The position numbers and the translations under genes were made by a program. The notes below the pieces were generated by a model that worked only from the letters and a program-made list of their open reading frames with translations, did not search any database and was not told the DNA's origin. This document shows positions 35,334-37,566 of a DNA stretch of 37,566 nt, one piece after another (position 1 is the stretch's first letter; every line of letters begins with the position of its first letter). Origin of the DNA: Hydrurus foetidus (taxonomy: Eukaryota). The stretch covers positions 1-37,566 of the forward strand of contig UYFQ01000082.1 in assembly GCA_900617105.1 (NCBI GenBank). Reading direction: 5' to 3'.

Positions 35334-35630
35334 AAAACTCTCACACGCAGGTGCCGCACTTTGCGTGCAACAGCCTTCGTCAGTGGTTAATAAGACATCA
35401 ACCATCAAACGAAGCTCGGTGTCTGTGGTGAAGTCTTAAGACAACAGCGCTGACAACAGAGTGGCTCTTAACAATGAGCCAGGAGTGTGAAGGGAGATGC
35501 ACATGTGCAATGCGTTGTGCAGTGCAGCCTTCGATTATGGCATGGATTCGGGTTTTCACCTAATCACTGAGGGTTTAACTTGGGGTGAAGCCTCTAAACC
35601 TGCGCAAAACACAGACGGACTCAGCCTCTG

Positions 35631-36236
35631 TCACACCATCTTCAAAAAGCGCTCGCGGTAGTATTCCAACTCGGCAATCGACTCATGCACATCGGCCAGC
35701 GCCGTGTGCTTTTGCGCTTTCTTAAACCCGCTGTACACCTCGGGCCGCCAGCGTTTGGCCAATTCTTTGAGGGTACTGACATCAATATTGCGGTAGTGGA
35801 AAAACGCATCCAGCTTAGGCATATAACGCACCAAGAAGCGCCGGTCTTGGCTGATGGTGTTGCCACACAGCGGAGACTTCCCCTTGGGCAGGTACTTGAC
35901 CAGAAAAGCCAAAATTTGCGCTTCGGCATCGGCTTCAGAGACGGTCGAAGCTTTGACTTTCTCAATCAAACCACTGCGACCATGCGTGCCTTTGTTCCAA
36001 GCGTCCATTTTGCCCAGCACCTCGTCACTTTGATAGATCGCCAGCACCGGGCCTTCGATGCGCACATCGAGGTTGGCATTTGTAACGATGACGGCAATTT
36101 CGATCAGGCGATCCGTGTCAGGCTCTAGGCCTGTCATTTCACAGTCGATCCACACCAGGTTGTTGTCGGATTTGGCCAATACGGGCACTGAAACGGGGGA
36201 GGAAAGGGCGGAGGCGGGGCTTGTTATCTCGGTCAT
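35631..36236 (-). CDS. orn: Oligoribonuclease
   Basis: [46 protein letters not shown]. Confidence 0.95.
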   Translation of the reverse strand: MTEITSPASALSSPVSVPVLAKSDNNLVWIDCEMTGLEPDTDRLIEIAVIVTNANLDVRIEGPVLAIYQSDEVLGKMDAWNKGTHGRSGLIEKVKASTVSEADAEAQILAFLVKYLPKGKSPLCGNTISQDRRFLVRYMPKLDAFFHYRNIDVSTLKELAKRWRPEVYSGFKKAQKHTALADVHESIAELEYYRERFLKMV

Positions 36237-36285
36237 AAGCGCCATTTTCACCGATGCAGCGCCCTTCCCCTAAACTCCACCCCCT

Positions 36286-37566
36286 ATGACCGCGACTTAT
36301 TCCCCCTCCCTCGTCCTCACCTTGTCTTTCGCAGCGGCCTTGGTGCTGGGCTTGTGCCTTAAATTTTGGCTGGCTTCTCGGCAAATTCGCCATGTCGCTC
36401 TGCACCGGGGTGTGGTGCCTCCCGTATTCGCCAGCACCATCAGCTTGACAGCTCACCAAAAAGCAGCGGACTACACCATCGCCAAAGGCCGCTTGGGCCT
36501 GCTGGAGTTGGCCTTGGGCACAGGGGTATTGCTGGGCTGGACGCTCTTGGGCGGGCTGCACGCGCTGAACCAAGCGGTATTGGCTTGGCAAGCACCCGGC
36601 TTGGTTGCTCAATTGTGCTTGCTGCTGGGCTTTATCGCAGTAGGTACGGTAATTGATTTACCGCTCACGCTGTACCAAACTTTTGTGCTGGAAGAGCGTT
36701 TTGGCTTCAACAAAACCACCTTCAAACTGTGGCTGCTGGACGGCATCAAATCAGCCGTCGTCGGTGCGGTGATCGGCCTACCGATTGCAGCGCTGATTCT
36801 CTGGGTGATGGGCGCCACTGGCCCATTGTGGTGGTTCTGGGCTTGGGCGGTTTGGATGGGCTTTAACCTGCTCTTGCTGATGGTGTACCCCAGCTTCATC
36901 GCCCCGCTGTTCAATAAATTCCAGCCCTTAGAAGACGAAACGCTGAAAGCCCGCGTGACCGCCTTGATGCAGCGCTGTGGCTTTTCCGCCAAGGGCTTGT
37001 TCGTCATGGACGGCAGCAAGCGAAGCGCCCATGCCAACGCCTACTTCACCGGCTTCGGTGCCGCCAAGCGCGTGGTGTTTTATGACACCCTGCTGGCAAA
37101 GCTTTCACCCGATGAAGTGGATGCGGTGCTGGCCCATGAGCTGGGGCACTTTAAGCACAAACACATCGTCCAACGCATCGTGATGATGTTCGCCATCAGC
37201 TTGGCTGGCTTTGCTTTGCTGGGTTATTTGTCCAACCAAACCTGGTTTTTCACGGGCCTTGGCGTGCAGCCCAACATGGCCGGTGGCAACGATGCACTGG
37301 CCTTGATTTTATTCATGCTGGCGATGCCCGTGTTCAGCTTTTTCATCTCCCCCCTCTCCGCACAGTTGTCGCGCAAACACGAGTTTCAGGCCGATGCCTA
37401 CGCCGTGGCGCAGACCAGCGGCCAGCACTTGGCAGCGGCCCTGCTCAAGCTCTACGAAGACAACGCCTCCACGCTCACCCCTGACCCTTTGTTTGTGAAG
37501 TTTTACTACTCCCACCCCCCAGCCACTGAGCGCCTGCCCCGCATGACTCTCCTCCGCAGGAACCTG
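36286..37566 (+). CDS. M48 (Ste24/HtpX-like) zinc metallopeptidase; no stop within window
   Basis: Manual translation from ATG 36286: multiple TMs, APLFNKF.PL, MDGSKRSAHANAYFTG, HELGH (in frame at 37135), EFQAD, YSHP. Confidence 0.92.
   Translation, partial: MTATYSPSLVLTLSFAAALVLGLCLKFWLASRQIRHVALHRGVVPPVFASTISLTAHQKAADYTIAKGRLGLLELALGTGVLLGWTLLGGLHALNQAVLAWQAPGLVAQLCLLLGFIAVGTVIDLPLTLYQTFVLEERFGFNKTTFKLWLLDGIKSAVVGAVIGLPIAALILWVMGATGPLWWFWAWAVWMGFNLLLLMVYPSFIAPLFNKFQPLEDETLKARVTALMQRCGFSAKGLFVMDGSKRSAHANAYFTGFGAAKRVVFYDTLLAKLSPDEVDAVLAHELGHFKHKHIVQRIVMMFAISLAGFALLGYLSNQTWFFTGLGVQPNMAGGNDALALILFMLAMPVFSFFISPLSAQLSRKHEFQADAYAVAQTSGQHLAAALLKLYEDNASTLTPDPLFVKFYYSHPPATERLPRMTLLRRNL

Overview
GC-rich betaproteobacterial chromosomal segment, Comamonadaceae/Rhodoferax-like by protein style and gene order (inference). 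The core scaffold runs dxs(partial)-ispA-xseB / Rieske oxygenase-DMT-sulfurtransferase ... ZIP-DLH-MCP-polA / thrB-BPSS1780 ... uvrD / guaC-oxidoreductase / DEAD-box helicase-orn / M48 peptidase(partial). Accessory-looking genes are interspersed: an Ala-rich orphan with a PAS-PAS-GGDEF-EAL gene, a yybP-ykoY riboswitch with a UPF0016 exporter, a TetR-OMF-MFP-RND efflux operon, a Tat-FecR-like protein, PhoX with a Pho box, and a membrane Ser/Thr kinase. The most unusual signal is a dispersed, non-tandem ~65-bp DNA element present 6 times (5 clear, 1 degenerate). Four copies lie in frame inside protein-coding genes (MFP, OMF, polA, uvrD), read in one fixed frame per orientation. In polA and the OMF it appears to overwrite native sequence rather than lengthen it. 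Other signals: a perfect 24-bp-arm palindrome translated inside polA, several apparently leaderless genes, and a structured guaC leader. Several indels near the window ends look like sequencing errors. I saw no tRNA/rRNA, CRISPR array or transposase. All alignments and counts were done by eye.
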